This document shows, piece by piece, positions 45,786 to 56,364 of a DNA stretch of 64,000 bases. Below the pieces are notes generated by a model. The model had not been told where the DNA came from and made no database searches. It saw nothing but the letters and a program-made list of their open reading frames with translations. The stretch's first letter is position 1. Every line of letters starts with the position of its first letter. Both the position numbers and the translations under genes were made by a program. The stretch covers positions 124,001-188,000 of IMG/VR virus record IMGVR_UViG_3300017917_003143; one strand, 5' to 3'.

Positions 45786-46257
45786 CAACGCCAAAGGCCG
45801 AAACAGTTTTGATGTTACTACCGGTAATGTAGTAGTTCAGTTCTTTAACAGAAACATAACTCCCTACCCTACAGAAGCTGGCGGGCCTAAGTTTGACCTC
45901 ATACCAGTTGAAAAACAAAAAGACATCATGGTCAATGTGGCCAGGATGCATGCCCAACAAGAATACGACCGCATACTTGAACTGGTTGCAGTGCTACAGC
46001 GTCAGGCGGCCGGAATTAAACGACGTCTAGACATCACTGACATGGTACATTCGGCTCAATATCAATTCCAAACTTACCATGGACAGGTCTATTGGTTAGT
46101 ACAAGACACACGACACAATAAAATTATACTGTCACATCTTGGTCCCAGCGACTGGAGCACTGGTTCTCCAGAAAACTATCAATACATCGCCAGAGTAAAA
46201 TGGCTGGGTGATTATACATGGTGTGAAGTAGATGAATATGGAAATCCAGTAGAATGA
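45775..46257 (+). CDS. DUF2452-like protein
   Basis: IKRR...YQFQ..GQVYWL...LS..P.DW. Confidence 0.55.
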   Translation: MENNNAKGRNSFDVTTGNVVVQFFNRNITPYPTEAGGPKFDLIPVEKQKDIMVNVARMHAQQEYDRILELVAVLQRQAAGIKRRLDITDMVHSAQYQFQTYHGQVYWLVQDTRHNKIILSHLGPSDWSTGSPENYQYIARVKWLGDYTWCEVDEYGNPVE

Positions 46258-46964
46258 CAGTGATGTTTAACGGTTGCAGTTTTGTAGAACAAAGCCATCT
46301 TGAACTGGAAAGCGATCAGTGGAGGCAACAATACTGGCCTGCACTGCTGTTTGATCATCACGACAACATATCAGCATCAGGAGCATCAAACACTAGGATC
46401 TTCCGCACCACGATAGATTATTTGTACACCCATTCTCCCAGTGTTGTTTTTATTGGGTGGACTGGTTTAGATCGAGAAGAACTACCCTGTGCCAATGGCG
46501 ATCGCATGCGATTGAGAGCTGACTGCACCAGCTTTGAAAATGACCAGGATTCCATCTCTCGAGAAGTACACAAGACATGGTATGTGGAAAACCACAATGA
46601 GTGGTTGAGTTTTGAGCAACTGCTAAGACAAATATTGATCATCCAAGATCTATGTAGCATGCGAGGCATCACGTGTTGGATGTTCAATGCGTTCCATCAC
46701 AATTACATCGCTTACCCTGGACAACTGCTACAGCACAATTTCAATGTAAAGAATGAAAAATGGTTCCATAAGAGAATAGATGATCTCGAGCATGTAAAAC
46801 AGTTGATATCAAACATCAATCAGGACCAGTGGATATGGCCGTTTAAATCTTCCCTGGGTGGCTGGGCAAGACAACAGAATCTTGAGTTTGAATCTGCTGG
46901 GCACCCTGCACTGTCTGCACAAGCATCAATCGCTAATTTTATAAAAAGTCGAATCAATGAGTAA
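46254..46964 (+). CDS. SGNH/GDSL-like protein
   Basis: GCSF, GASNTRIFR, GHP. Confidence 0.6.
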   Translation: MTVMFNGCSFVEQSHLELESDQWRQQYWPALLFDHHDNISASGASNTRIFRTTIDYLYTHSPSVVFIGWTGLDREELPCANGDRMRLRADCTSFENDQDSISREVHKTWYVENHNEWLSFEQLLRQILIIQDLCSMRGITCWMFNAFHHNYIAYPGQLLQHNFNVKNEKWFHKRIDDLEHVKQLISNINQDQWIWPFKSSLGGWARQQNLEFESAGHPALSAQASIANFIKSRINE

Positions 46965-47322
46965 AGTCTATATAGAACCACCGGATCATCGAGCAAAGAT
47001 AGTTTACGAAATTGAAGAGCCCGATGGAGGTTGGCGTAGAGTATTTACTGACGAAGAAAAGCGAAAGCTCAAACCCATAGCCGAAACCTTGGCCATGCTG
47101 GATGGCAATGCTTTTTTTGGTATCAGCATAGATCACTATGAAGGCTACTTGGCCGAGGCCGATGCTGTATATCGTAACAATGGTGGAGATGACGGTTGGG
47201 CATCAACAGCGAGTTGGGTGCAGGATTTTAAGATGATCCAAGAAGATCCTACTCTCAAGGATGCATATGATAAATTACAAGTGCTATTAGAACTTAAAAG
47301 GAAAGAAAATGGGGATATTTGA
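46957..47322 (+). CDS. hypothetical protein
   Basis: coupled ORF. Confidence 0.7.
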   Translation: MSKVYIEPPDHRAKIVYEIEEPDGGWRRVFTDEEKRKLKPIAETLAMLDGNAFFGISIDHYEGYLAEADAVYRNNGGDDGWASTASWVQDFKMIQEDPTLKDAYDKLQVLLELKRKENGDI

Positions 47323-47725
47323 TCTATTCAAAAGAAAAGAAAAAGTTGGCAAAACCGCGGATTCTAAAGAAAAAGTAGAAGAAGGTACGAAAAAGTCTGC
47401 AGAACCAACAAAAAGTAAGAAAAAGTCTGACAAGGACTTGGCCACAGAACGCGGCGAACCTTACATCGCCATACTCAGCATGGATGTAGACCCTAACGAT
47501 ATCAACTCAGGTGCATTTGAGTTCGACTGGAACGATAAATTTATCGCTAATCTTTCACGTGCAGGTTACCAAGGTAAAACTGATGCTGACTTGGTAGATC
47601 AATGGTTCCAGGCTGTGTGCCGCAACGTGGTCTTGGAAACCTATGAGCAAGCCGAAGCCATCAACAACTCCATGCGTTTTACACAAAGCAGAGACATCGG
47701 CGACGGACGTAGAGAACATTCCTGA
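47309..47725 (+). CDS. hypothetical protein
   Basis: coupled ORF. Confidence 0.7.
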   Translation: MGIFDLFKRKEKVGKTADSKEKVEEGTKKSAEPTKSKKKSDKDLATERGEPYIAILSMDVDPNDINSGAFEFDWNDKFIANLSRAGYQGKTDADLVDQWFQAVCRNVVLETYEQAEAINNSMRFTQSRDIGDGRREHS

Positions 47726-47728
47726 TCG

Positions 47729-48433
47729 ATGTATAAACAGATCCTGGTTTTTGGTGACAGCGTTGTTTTTGGTGATGAGCTCACTGATCACTACGATCCA
47801 CCTACACAAAACTCTTTGGCTTTTCCCGGTGTGCTTGGACAAGCACTGGACATACCTGTGATCAACTGTGCCATGATCGGTGGTAGTAATGTGCGCAGTC
47901 TTAGATTACTGCCCGAGATGCTGTTGAGTTACCCTGACAGCTTGGTACTGTTTTGTTATACATCCTTTGACAGATCTGAATTCTATCTGCCCACTGCCGG
48001 CAGAGACATACCCAATGATCGTTTCCATGTTCCATTGGGCATCAATTTTTCACATGTTGATGTAGGGCAAGAACATCGCACCTACAATGATGTTTACCTT
48101 AAATACTTTTGTCATCCAGTGCATGAAAAATTCAACTGGAGAGAGTACAATGCTTTGTTTACTGTGCAGACTTTCTGCGATCAGTATGCCATTGACTATA
48201 GACACATATTCCTCTATAATGATATGATATACCAACACAACAGCGAACAGCGCATTGTTTTAGAAAACATCAACAAAGAAAAAATAGTTAAGTTTGGAAA
48301 CTTTGAAGACAATCTTGGCAAGGGCAGTGTATACGGCTGGTTGCAACAACAACAGGCAGGATTCTGCCCTGGCGGCCATCCTGACCAGCGATCACATGAA
48401 TTGATAGCAAAACACATACAACAACAATTATGA
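47729..48433 (+). CDS. SGNH/GDSL-like protein
   Basis: FGDS, GGSNVRSLR, GHP. Confidence 0.6.
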   Translation: MYKQILVFGDSVVFGDELTDHYDPPTQNSLAFPGVLGQALDIPVINCAMIGGSNVRSLRLLPEMLLSYPDSLVLFCYTSFDRSEFYLPTAGRDIPNDRFHVPLGINFSHVDVGQEHRTYNDVYLKYFCHPVHEKFNWREYNALFTVQTFCDQYAIDYRHIFLYNDMIYQHNSEQRIVLENINKEKIVKFGNFEDNLGKGSVYGWLQQQQAGFCPGGHPDQRSHELIAKHIQQQL

Positions 48434-48891
48434 TATTCAACCACATCAAAGAACTTAAACAACAAGGTAAAAAAGTAGGTATCACCTTCTCTACCTTTGA
48501 CATGCTACATGCTGGACACATAGCCATGCTGAGTGAAGCCAAGAATCACTGCGACTATCTCATCGCAGGGTTACAAACAGATCCTACCATAGATCGTCCT
48601 GACACCAAGAACAAACCCATACAGAGCATCGTGGAACGCCAGATACAGTTGGCCGCTTGTCGCTATGTGGACGAAGTAGTGGTGTATTCCACAGAGCAAG
48701 ACCTACGTGACTTGTTGTTGATCCTACCTGTGGATGTGCGTATCCTGGGTATAGAATATCAAGGTACCAACTTCTCGGGTCAAGCCGAGTGCGAAAAACG
48801 CAACATCGACATAGTGTTCAACGGCAGAGATCACTCTTTTTCAAGCTCAAGTTTACGCAAACGTGTGGCCGAATCGGAATCTAAAAAATGA
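48430..48891 (+). CDS. cytidylyltransferase (TagD/RfaE-like)
   Basis: FDMLHAGH, CRYVDEV, SSSSLR. Confidence 0.85.
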   Translation: MIFNHIKELKQQGKKVGITFSTFDMLHAGHIAMLSEAKNHCDYLIAGLQTDPTIDRPDTKNKPIQSIVERQIQLAACRYVDEVVVYSTEQDLRDLLLILPVDVRILGIEYQGTNFSGQAECEKRNIDIVFNGRDHSFSSSSLRKRVAESESKK

Positions 48892-50813
48892 CAAAGAAAA
48901 AAGTAAGTTTCGTGCAGGTCAATTTCCAAATGGGGCCGAAGTCCTGTAACTCATTCCATTTGCCTTACAGCGTGGGATGTCTATGGGCGTATGCATCAAG
49001 CCATGATTCGATAAAAGAAAATTTCCAGTTGGAGCATATCTTTTGGCGCAGAGGATCTGTGGAAGAAGTAGCACATCAGCTCAAAGATTCTCATGTGGTA
49101 GGATTCAGCACATACATCTGGAACAGGAATTACAATGCTGGCGTGGCCAAACGACTCAGAGAGCTCAATCCCAACTGTGTGATCATATTTGGAGGCCCTG
49201 AACCTGCCATCAGCGATCCAGAAATCTTCAAAAAGAACCCTTGGATCACTGCCATCATCAAAAACGAAGGCGAGATTACTTTCAAGAATGTGCTGGAAAA
49301 TCTCGACGACCTTTATTCTGTGCCCGGCCTGTTGATCAACCAAGATGGCGCAGTCAAAGACACAGGCGATGCCGAACGCATCACAGACTTGTCTATATTG
49401 CCGAGTCCGTATCTCACTGGATTGTTTGATCACTTGATCGAGCAACATCCTGAAGTCGAGTGGACTGCCACTGTAGAAACCAATCGCGGGTGCCCATATC
49501 AGTGTACCTTCTGCGACTGGGGCAGTCTTACCTACAGTAAAGTCAAAGTATTCCCCATGGAGAGAGTGTTCGCAGAGCTTGAGTGGGCGTCTGAAAAGCG
49601 TGTGGCTTTCTTGAGCTTGGCCGATGCTAACTTTGGTATTTTTCCTGATCGAGATCCTCTCATAGCAGAAAAGTTCGTTGAGCTACAGAACAAACACGAT
49701 TTCCCTTATGGGTTCGTCACCAGCTTTGCTAAGAATCAAAAGAAAGAAGTGGTTGACATCATTGAAACCCTGATCAAGAAAAGCAAGAACTACAACACTG
49801 GTCTCATGGTCAGCCTGCAGACCTTGGACGAAAACACCCTGGACATCATCAAGAGGAAGAATCTTGAAACCAACAAGATCGAACAGATATTAAAGATAGC
49901 TAGAGAGCGTGACCTACCAGTGGGCACAGAACTCATACTTGGATTGCCCGGAGAGACATTACAGACCTGGAGCCGCAACATCTGGAAACTGCTTGAACTA
50001 AACATGCACGACGGTGTGGATATCTACTACAGCCAGATGCTGGAAAATTCAGAACTCAATCAAGTACAAAAACAAATCTATGACATCAAGGCCGTGGAGA
50101 TATATGATTATTTCAGCCCGTCCACAGATGAAAACGTCGGTGAATATGCTGAATCTATATTGGTGACCAAACAGACTGCCGATCTTCCCTTTGAAGACAT
50201 GCTCAAGGCCAGCATACTGAACTGGTTTATTTTTACTTGGCACGTGGGTGGTCTCAGCGACATAGTCAGCAGATTCTTGCGCCGCTATCTTGATGTAGAA
50301 TATGAAAAGTTTTACACAGATCTATTCGCCGAGCTAGAACAACAGGCATGGTATCAAGATCTCAAACACAATCAAGAACAGATGATCATTGACTGGTTCG
50401 ATCATGGTCGTGTGACCAAGCCCAACGAGCTGGGTATAAAGGTCTATGGTAACAGCATTATTTTTTACACACGACAGTTGCTACATGCCCGTCCTGAAAA
50501 GCGAGAGCAATGGTATGTGTTCCTTGATCAGTATCTAAAAAAGTATCAGCTCGACGATCAGCTACATCAAGAACTGGTCAGGCTACAGAGAGAACAGATA
50601 ATCGACATGCCCAACAGAGATCAGTATCCTGTACACAGTGAGTACAGCTACAACCTCTGGAACTATGTCATGAAAGATCAAGAGCTCAAACAAGGATCAT
50701 TCAAGCTGGAATACTACTATCCTGAAAAGGCCATGAGTGACAGCGAGTACATAGATCGTCTGTTCTGGAATCGCAAACGCAAGTTTGGTCGTGTGTGGGT
50801 AAACGTGCTATGA
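48888..50813 (+). CDS. cobalamin-binding radical SAM protein
   Basis: GFSTYIWN, IFGGP, ETNRGCPYQCTFC, LGLPGET. Confidence 0.9.
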   Translation: MTKKKVSFVQVNFQMGPKSCNSFHLPYSVGCLWAYASSHDSIKENFQLEHIFWRRGSVEEVAHQLKDSHVVGFSTYIWNRNYNAGVAKRLRELNPNCVIIFGGPEPAISDPEIFKKNPWITAIIKNEGEITFKNVLENLDDLYSVPGLLINQDGAVKDTGDAERITDLSILPSPYLTGLFDHLIEQHPEVEWTATVETNRGCPYQCTFCDWGSLTYSKVKVFPMERVFAELEWASEKRVAFLSLADANFGIFPDRDPLIAEKFVELQNKHDFPYGFVTSFAKNQKKEVVDIIETLIKKSKNYNTGLMVSLQTLDENTLDIIKRKNLETNKIEQILKIARERDLPVGTELILGLPGETLQTWSRNIWKLLELNMHDGVDIYYSQMLENSELNQVQKQIYDIKAVEIYDYFSPSTDENVGEYAESILVTKQTADLPFEDMLKASILNWFIFTWHVGGLSDIVSRFLRRYLDVEYEKFYTDLFAELEQQAWYQDLKHNQEQMIIDWFDHGRVTKPNELGIKVYGNSIIFYTRQLLHARPEKREQWYVFLDQYLKKYQLDDQLHQELVRLQREQIIDMPNRDQYPVHSEYSYNLWNYVMKDQELKQGSFKLEYYYPEKAMSDSEYIDRLFWNRKRKFGRVWVNVL

Positions 50814-51514
50814 TATTGTATGTCAATGGTGACAGCCATGCCGCGGCAGCCGAAGCAGTGAATCCTCATGCATTTGCCGAGGATGATCCCAAGCTGGCAC
50901 ATCTAAAGAGATTGCCTCATCCAGACAATCTGGCTGTGAGCTGGGGCAAAATCCTGAGTGATCTTTTCAAAGCTATTTTTATATGCCATGCAGAATCTGC
51001 ATCCAGTAACACACGGATCCTTCGCACCACCCGTGCCTGGGTTGAACAAAACAAACACGAGTGGCATCGTGCATTCATCGTCATTGGTTGGAGCACATGG
51101 GAGCGAGAAGAGTGGTTACACAACGGTACTTACTATCAAGTCGGATCTAGTGGCATCGACGATGTACCAGCAGAACTGCAAGAAAAATATCGCAACTTTG
51201 TCATAGGAACCGACTGGCGATTCAAGACCGAACAAGCACACAAAGAGATCTGGGAATTACATCAGGAACTGTCTGAAAAAGGAATCAAGCATTTCTTCTT
51301 CAACTGCAACAACGACTTTTCAAAAATAACGGAACGACAGGACTGGGCAGGCTGTTACTTGGATCCCTACGATCCTGGTATGACCTATCACAGCTTGTTA
51401 AAAACCTCTGGGCATGACACAGTGTCTACTGACAGCTGGCACTATGATCAACATGCGCACAGCTGGTGGGCGAGATACGTCCTCAATCACTTGTTAAAAA
51501 CAAAAATGGTATGA
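50810..51514 (+). CDS. SGNH/GDSL-like protein
   Basis: NGDS, ASSNTRILR, WH. Confidence 0.6.
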   Translation: MILYVNGDSHAAAAEAVNPHAFAEDDPKLAHLKRLPHPDNLAVSWGKILSDLFKAIFICHAESASSNTRILRTTRAWVEQNKHEWHRAFIVIGWSTWEREEWLHNGTYYQVGSSGIDDVPAELQEKYRNFVIGTDWRFKTEQAHKEIWELHQELSEKGIKHFFFNCNNDFSKITERQDWAGCYLDPYDPGMTYHSLLKTSGHDTVSTDSWHYDQHAHSWWARYVLNHLLKTKMV

Positions 51515-52614
51515 TAACCGTCTGTGATCCGAAAAATTGGATGAGGGATCATCAATTCAATGTCAAGGGTCAAATATTATCAAACCCAGTTGACATACAT
51601 CGCTTTACTGGACCCAGGGTACTGATCAACAGATACATCGAGCCCTTTGACTACGAACCCAGAGACTATGATCTAACAATCTGGACTGGGCTGGAAAACT
51701 TAGATGTACATTTAAAGAATTTGTTGCCGTATCTGTGTGCAGGAAAACATGTGTTTGTCAGTGATTCTTATATCGAAAAACTGGAGACCATTTGCCATCC
51801 TGGATATCTTTATCCCTTGGCCAGCATGCCTGACATACCACGACCTCGTGCCAATTATCAAGCCAAATACACAGCAGACGTGCTGATAGGACGCATCGAT
51901 GCATGGCACAAGATAAACCGAGCTTGGTGCTACTACGAGATCAAGAAAAGGAATCTACAATCCAAGATGCTGATGCCAGTGAGACAAGACATCAGGCTAT
52001 GGGATCTGCTGGGCACGATAAAACATCCTGACATAGCCAGCGATCTTAAAAATTCTTTGGAAATGTTTGGAGATATAAAAGCATCATACGATCAAGACAT
52101 TGATTCTTTGGAACACCCGCAAGTCATGACAGAATTCCGCCAGGGACTTGACCCGCACGACGTGTTTGGATCAGTGTTTGAACACAGCGCACAAAAAAAC
52201 ATCCCCGAGGGCATATACCAGCAGGCAGCCTACAGCCTGGTCATGCCTGACTGGAATGTGCCCATGATCTGCGAAAAAGTATCTAAGGCACTGATCATGG
52301 GCAGGCCATTTATCGCAGTGGGTCCACAAGGATATCTGGCTAACTTACGAGACTTAGGGTTCCAGACTTTCCATCCGATAATCGATGAGAGTTACGACAA
52401 CGAACCAGATCATCTGAAACGCTGGCAACAGGCCATGGACTCTTTGGAAGAACTCTCCCAAAAATCGGTCCAAAGTGTGTACGATAGGTTGAAAAAAAGG
52501 TTGAAACACAACCGGAAAATGTCGTATAATAACTTATATTGGATCAATCGATTGAAAACTTGGTTGAATTTTAAAATAGAAAAATACACAGGAATCGAAT
52601 GCGCTATCTACTGA
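51511..52614 (+). CDS. glycosyltransferase-like protein (paralog of 54898..55890)
   Basis: EKVSKAL..GRPF...LRDLGFQTF..IDESYD. Confidence 0.5.
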   Translation: MITVCDPKNWMRDHQFNVKGQILSNPVDIHRFTGPRVLINRYIEPFDYEPRDYDLTIWTGLENLDVHLKNLLPYLCAGKHVFVSDSYIEKLETICHPGYLYPLASMPDIPRPRANYQAKYTADVLIGRIDAWHKINRAWCYYEIKKRNLQSKMLMPVRQDIRLWDLLGTIKHPDIASDLKNSLEMFGDIKASYDQDIDSLEHPQVMTEFRQGLDPHDVFGSVFEHSAQKNIPEGIYQQAAYSLVMPDWNVPMICEKVSKALIMGRPFIAVGPQGYLANLRDLGFQTFHPIIDESYDNEPDHLKRWQQAMDSLEELSQKSVQSVYDRLKKRLKHNRKMSYNNLYWINRLKTWLNFKIEKYTGIECAIY

Positions 52615-53600
52615 TTGACACTGCCAACATGTTCTTCCGTGCCCGACATGTGGCATTCCGTGCTGAAGATCCTTGGGAAAAAGTAGGCTATGCCCTACAC
52701 ATTACCTTGAGTGCTGTAAACAAGGTATTCAATAAATTCCAAGCAGACCATGTGGTGTTTGCCTTGGAAGGTCGTAGCTGGCGAAAAGATTTTTACACAC
52801 CTTACAAAAAGAATCGCAGTGATGCCCGTGCCGCGCATACAGAAAAAGAAGCCGAAGAAGACAAGCTGTTCTGGGAAACATTTGACATGTTCAAAGAGTA
52901 TCTAGAAAAGCGCACCAACTGCTCTGTGATCCGTGAGCCCAATGCTGAAGCTGATGACATCATCGCCCGCTGGATCGCCTTGCATCCGCAAGATGAACAC
53001 TATATTATTTCGTCAGACACAGATTTTGTGCAACTCCTGGCAGAAAATGTGCATCAATACAATGGCATCACAGATGAGCTACTCACTGTCAAGGGTATCT
53101 TTGATGCCCGGGGCAAAGCAGTGATCGACAAAAAGACCAAAGAGCCCAAGATCATTCCTGATCCTGAATGGCTACTTTTTGAGAAGTGTATGCGTGGCGA
53201 TACATCAGACAATGTATTTTCAGCATATCCTGGAGTGCGTACCAAGGGTACCAAAAACAAAGTGGGTCTGCTGGAAGCCTTTGCTGATCGCAATGCCAAG
53301 GGCTATAACTGGAACAATTTGATGCTACAACGCTGGACTGATCACAATGGCGAAGAGCACCGTGTGCTGGACGATTATCTGCGCAATCGCAGCCTCATTG
53401 ATCTAACAGCACAGCCCGAGCCTGTAAAAGCGGCTGTAGACGGTGCTATCCGCGAGCAGATCAGCCACAAAGATGTAGGGCAAGTTGGTAGCCACTTCAT
53501 GAAATTCTGCGGTAAATACGAACTTAACCGCGCGAGCGAAAACGCTGAACAATTTGGGCGATGGCTCAACAAAACGTACCAAGGAGTGTTGAATAAATGA
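52599..53600 (+). CDS. rnh: 5'-3' exonuclease / T4-type RNase H
   Basis: LIDTAN, YKKNR, EADDII, SSDTDF, GDTSDN. Confidence 0.9.
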   Translation: MRYLLIDTANMFFRARHVAFRAEDPWEKVGYALHITLSAVNKVFNKFQADHVVFALEGRSWRKDFYTPYKKNRSDARAAHTEKEAEEDKLFWETFDMFKEYLEKRTNCSVIREPNAEADDIIARWIALHPQDEHYIISSDTDFVQLLAENVHQYNGITDELLTVKGIFDARGKAVIDKKTKEPKIIPDPEWLLFEKCMRGDTSDNVFSAYPGVRTKGTKNKVGLLEAFADRNAKGYNWNNLMLQRWTDHNGEEHRVLDDYLRNRSLIDLTAQPEPVKAAVDGAIREQISHKDVGQVGSHFMKFCGKYELNRASENAEQFGRWLNKTYQGVLNK

Positions 53601-54040
53601 TTTTAGCTAAACCCGTAGTAGCAAACAAATATTGGATCCTTAAAGAAAATGATCAGAAAATTGGAACAGTAGAAGCCAGTTCCAGCGGATTTACTGTTCG
53701 CATGTACAATGATGCAGTGGAATTTAAAACCATCCGCACCATAAAGAACAAAACAAAAATCACTTTCGAAGAACCACCTGCACGAAAGAAAGAAAAGAAA
53801 GAGCACTCAGTAAATGGGTTTGCCACTGATGCCACACCATACAATGCCATTTACGATGTGCAACGCAGATTGCCCATTTATACCAAACAAAAGAAATCTA
53901 AATCATGGTTTGCCGCAGGTTGGTATCAGATCAATGCCAATGGGCACTGGACCACTGAGTTCTGCCCCAAGCTGATTTTATTGCAGAGATATGAATATCG
54001 CGGTCCTGCTCACTCTGCTGATTCGTTCACATTCCAATAA
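53597..54040 (+). CDS. hypothetical protein
   Basis: coupled ORF. Confidence 0.7.
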   Translation: MILAKPVVANKYWILKENDQKIGTVEASSSGFTVRMYNDAVEFKTIRTIKNKTKITFEEPPARKKEKKEHSVNGFATDATPYNAIYDVQRRLPIYTKQKKSKSWFAAGWYQINANGHWTTEFCPKLILLQRYEYRGPAHSADSFTFQ

Positions 54041-54246
54041 TGAGTGGACTTTACATAAAGAAATTCGTGGATCGACTGCAACATTTTGAAAGTCGTGGCA
54101 CCAAGGACTTTTCTTGTCCTTTGCACGATGCCAAAATGTTGCACAGCGAGATAACTAAATTGTTGTTAGATATCGAGCAGTTACGCACCCAACCTCAACC
54201 AACATCTGAGGTCATCACAGTGGAAATGCAAGGAGGATCATTTTAA
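54040..54246 (+). CDS. hypothetical protein
   Basis: coupled ORF. Confidence 0.65.
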   Translation: MSGLYIKKFVDRLQHFESRGTKDFSCPLHDAKMLHSEITKLLLDIEQLRTQPQPTSEVITVEMQGGSF

Positions 54247-54284
54247 TCTACGTAGTTTATCATAAATAAACTGGAGAGATTATT

Positions 54285-54581
54285 ATGAGCCGACCAAAAC
54301 CTAAAGTTCTTGTAGAACTCACAAACAAAAGCACTTACAAAACTGAACAGGTATTAGCCAGCGAAGGTATCTGGGCTGTGTTCTTTGATGACAAGCCCAT
54401 CAACCTCAAGACTTCCAACTATCTGGTACAGTACCCAGGTCCCAAGTACAAAAAGGTTTCCTTCTCCAATCCTGGACATGCCATCAACTTGGCTAAAAAA
54501 TTAAACACACAATTCAAGACCGACAAGTTTTCGGTAGTGTTACTCAAAAGCGGGGATCGTATCTACCCCGATGAGAAATAA
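54285..54581 (+). CDS. hypothetical basic protein
   Basis: TAAATA and GGAG upstream. Confidence 0.75.
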   Translation: MSRPKPKVLVELTNKSTYKTEQVLASEGIWAVFFDDKPINLKTSNYLVQYPGPKYKKVSFSNPGHAINLAKKLNTQFKTDKFSVVLLKSGDRIYPDEK

Positions 54582-54927
54582 GTTAGAACTCACCCGCACC
54601 ATAATGGAACTGTTGCCCGACGGGCACGGACAGACCATTGAAGCTGTGATGAAACTGTGGTGGATGAACATACGCAGTACCGGCGGCTTGAGATTGACCA
54701 GCATAGGATATCAGGTACTCAAGACCTTGGACATGCAGAGTTGGATGATCAACATCGATGACCCTCGCAAAATAAACAAACGTGTGATCTTGGAACTGGA
54801 TCACAAACTACAGTACCCCTACTATCTGGATACCAAGAAGCGTCAGTTGATATTGTTCAGCAGTCGCGAAGCCATGATGGCCACGCTGTACGGGGACTTA
54901 GAAGCGTGGCTCAAAAATCTTCCTTAG
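54571..54927 (+). CDS. hypothetical protein
   Basis: coupled ORF. Confidence 0.7.
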   Translation: MRNKLELTRTIMELLPDGHGQTIEAVMKLWWMNIRSTGGLRLTSIGYQVLKTLDMQSWMINIDDPRKINKRVILELDHKLQYPYYLDTKKRQLILFSSREAMMATLYGDLEAWLKNLP

Positions 54928-55890
54928 ATCATCTTCGGCCCGCTGGCGTATGCTCTCAGCATAACCGCCCATGAGCCAGTCAAAATTCTCATTGATTTTT
55001 TCTTGTACATGATCCACGTTGACCAAGTCAGCTAGGTTCTTTTTGTTTTTCTCTATGGCTGAATACATCCTGGTAGCACGGTCTTCTGAATCATAGTTGA
55101 GATCAAACACATCACTGTAGTTTTTGAATCCCAAGCGAGCCACATCCTCGTGACAGTATCTATGTCCGATGCACATGAATGGATGTCGTGCCGCTATGGC
55201 CAGCAGGGTTTTTTCTGTGACTATGCCGCCCACATCTTGATACAGGCTTTCTGTTATGACAGAAGCATGGGCTGATTGATAAACCGGTTGGAGTTTGATG
55301 AAATTATCTACGTTGTTGAAATTGTAGTCTTGATATGGGTGTATGGGTATAGGGTTGAATATAGAATGGCTACAAAATCCCTGCGGTTCATGACGCAACA
55401 TATTGTAGACTTCCTGGCGATATTCCCTGGCTCGTCCATTCAGACAGATCCAATTATATTGTATGTTCTTTTTGTGTACGTCCTTCCACTCACTCCAGCG
55501 GGCTTTTAATTGATGCACCAGTTCATAACTGTGGCTGGCAAAGTTCACTATCTTGATATTGCCTTCATATATTTCTCCCAGCCTGTGATCCCAACACACA
55601 AAAATGATCTTGCTCTGTTGCTCGGGCGTGAACTGTTGTTCCAGCCAATGTAGTTCCACACAAAGATTATCATAAAAATGGATAAAATCCTGTGCGTGTA
55701 TGACCAAGCGAAAATTCTTCTGATTCCAGCGATAGGCAGGAATATCGGGCAGATTGATGTTCCAGCGACTGCTGACTATGGGTCGGCCCAGAGCACAGGG
55801 CAAGAACTCAAAATCCAGCCCTCGTGCTTTTAACAGCAATATCATTTCTTTGTTGAAGTTGGGTTCTGTGTAATTGGGCACGGTTGACAA
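54898..55890 (-). CDS. glycosyltransferase-like protein (paralog of 51511..52614)
   Basis: TEKTLLAI..RHPF...LGFKNY..FDLNYD; start uncertain. Confidence 0.55.
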   Translation of the reverse strand: MSTVPNYTEPNFNKEMILLLKARGLDFEFLPCALGRPIVSSRWNINLPDIPAYRWNQKNFRLVIHAQDFIHFYDNLCVELHWLEQQFTPEQQSKIIFVCWDHRLGEIYEGNIKIVNFASHSYELVHQLKARWSEWKDVHKKNIQYNWICLNGRAREYRQEVYNMLRHEPQGFCSHSIFNPIPIHPYQDYNFNNVDNFIKLQPVYQSAHASVITESLYQDVGGIVTEKTLLAIAARHPFMCIGHRYCHEDVARLGFKNYSDVFDLNYDSEDRATRMYSAIEKNKKNLADLVNVDHVQEKINENFDWLMGGYAESIRQRAEDDLRKIFEPRF

Positions 55891-55912
55891 GTAATTCAGA
55901 ATTTCGTATAAT
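55884..55912 (+). promoter_or_regulatory. consensus sigma70 promoter TTGACA-17-TATAAT
   Basis: perfect consensus. Confidence 0.75.
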
Positions 55913-55987
55913 TGTGGCGAAAATACAACACCAAAAACCCCCTAAAATACAGGGTTAGTACGCACTAACTTACAGGATTTTTGCTGG

Positions 55988-56016
55988 TTGACCAGAAACG
56001 CCATTTCGGTTATAAT
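55988..56016 (+). promoter_or_regulatory. sigma70 early promoter TTGACC-17-TATAAT
   Basis: shares GGTTGACCAGAAA with 56520. Confidence 0.75.
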
Positions 56017-56022
56017 ATATGT

Positions 56023-56364
56023 ATGGAAAGTAAAAAAGCAACCCGCAAAAAACGAGTAGATCGCTTGCATATCATCTATGTGATACGCTCGGGCGAGGAC
56101 TTCTACATTGGTGTCACTGCTAAAACAGAAAGCACTGTGGCCAAAAGTCTACGAGTCCGAATGAACAAGCATCTCTATCGTAGCCGTTCAGAAGACAAAT
56201 CCTGGGCACTCTACGAAGCCTTGCGTGAGCGTGGTACTGAGTCGTTCAACTACGGTATTCTAGAAGTGGTGCGCGGCAAGGCAGATGCTCACCGATTAGA
56301 GCGTGAACTGATCCGCACTCACCGCCCAAACCTGAACACCGATGTACGTGAAAGGAAAGCATGA
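56023..56364 (+). CDS. GIY-YIG-like nuclease
   Basis: IIYVI...FYIGVT...R...H...E; ATG 6 nt after TATAAT. Confidence 0.7.
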   Translation: MESKKATRKKRVDRLHIIYVIRSGEDFYIGVTAKTESTVAKSLRVRMNKHLYRSRSEDKSWALYEALRERGTESFNYGILEVVRGKADAHRLERELIRTHRPNLNTDVRERKA

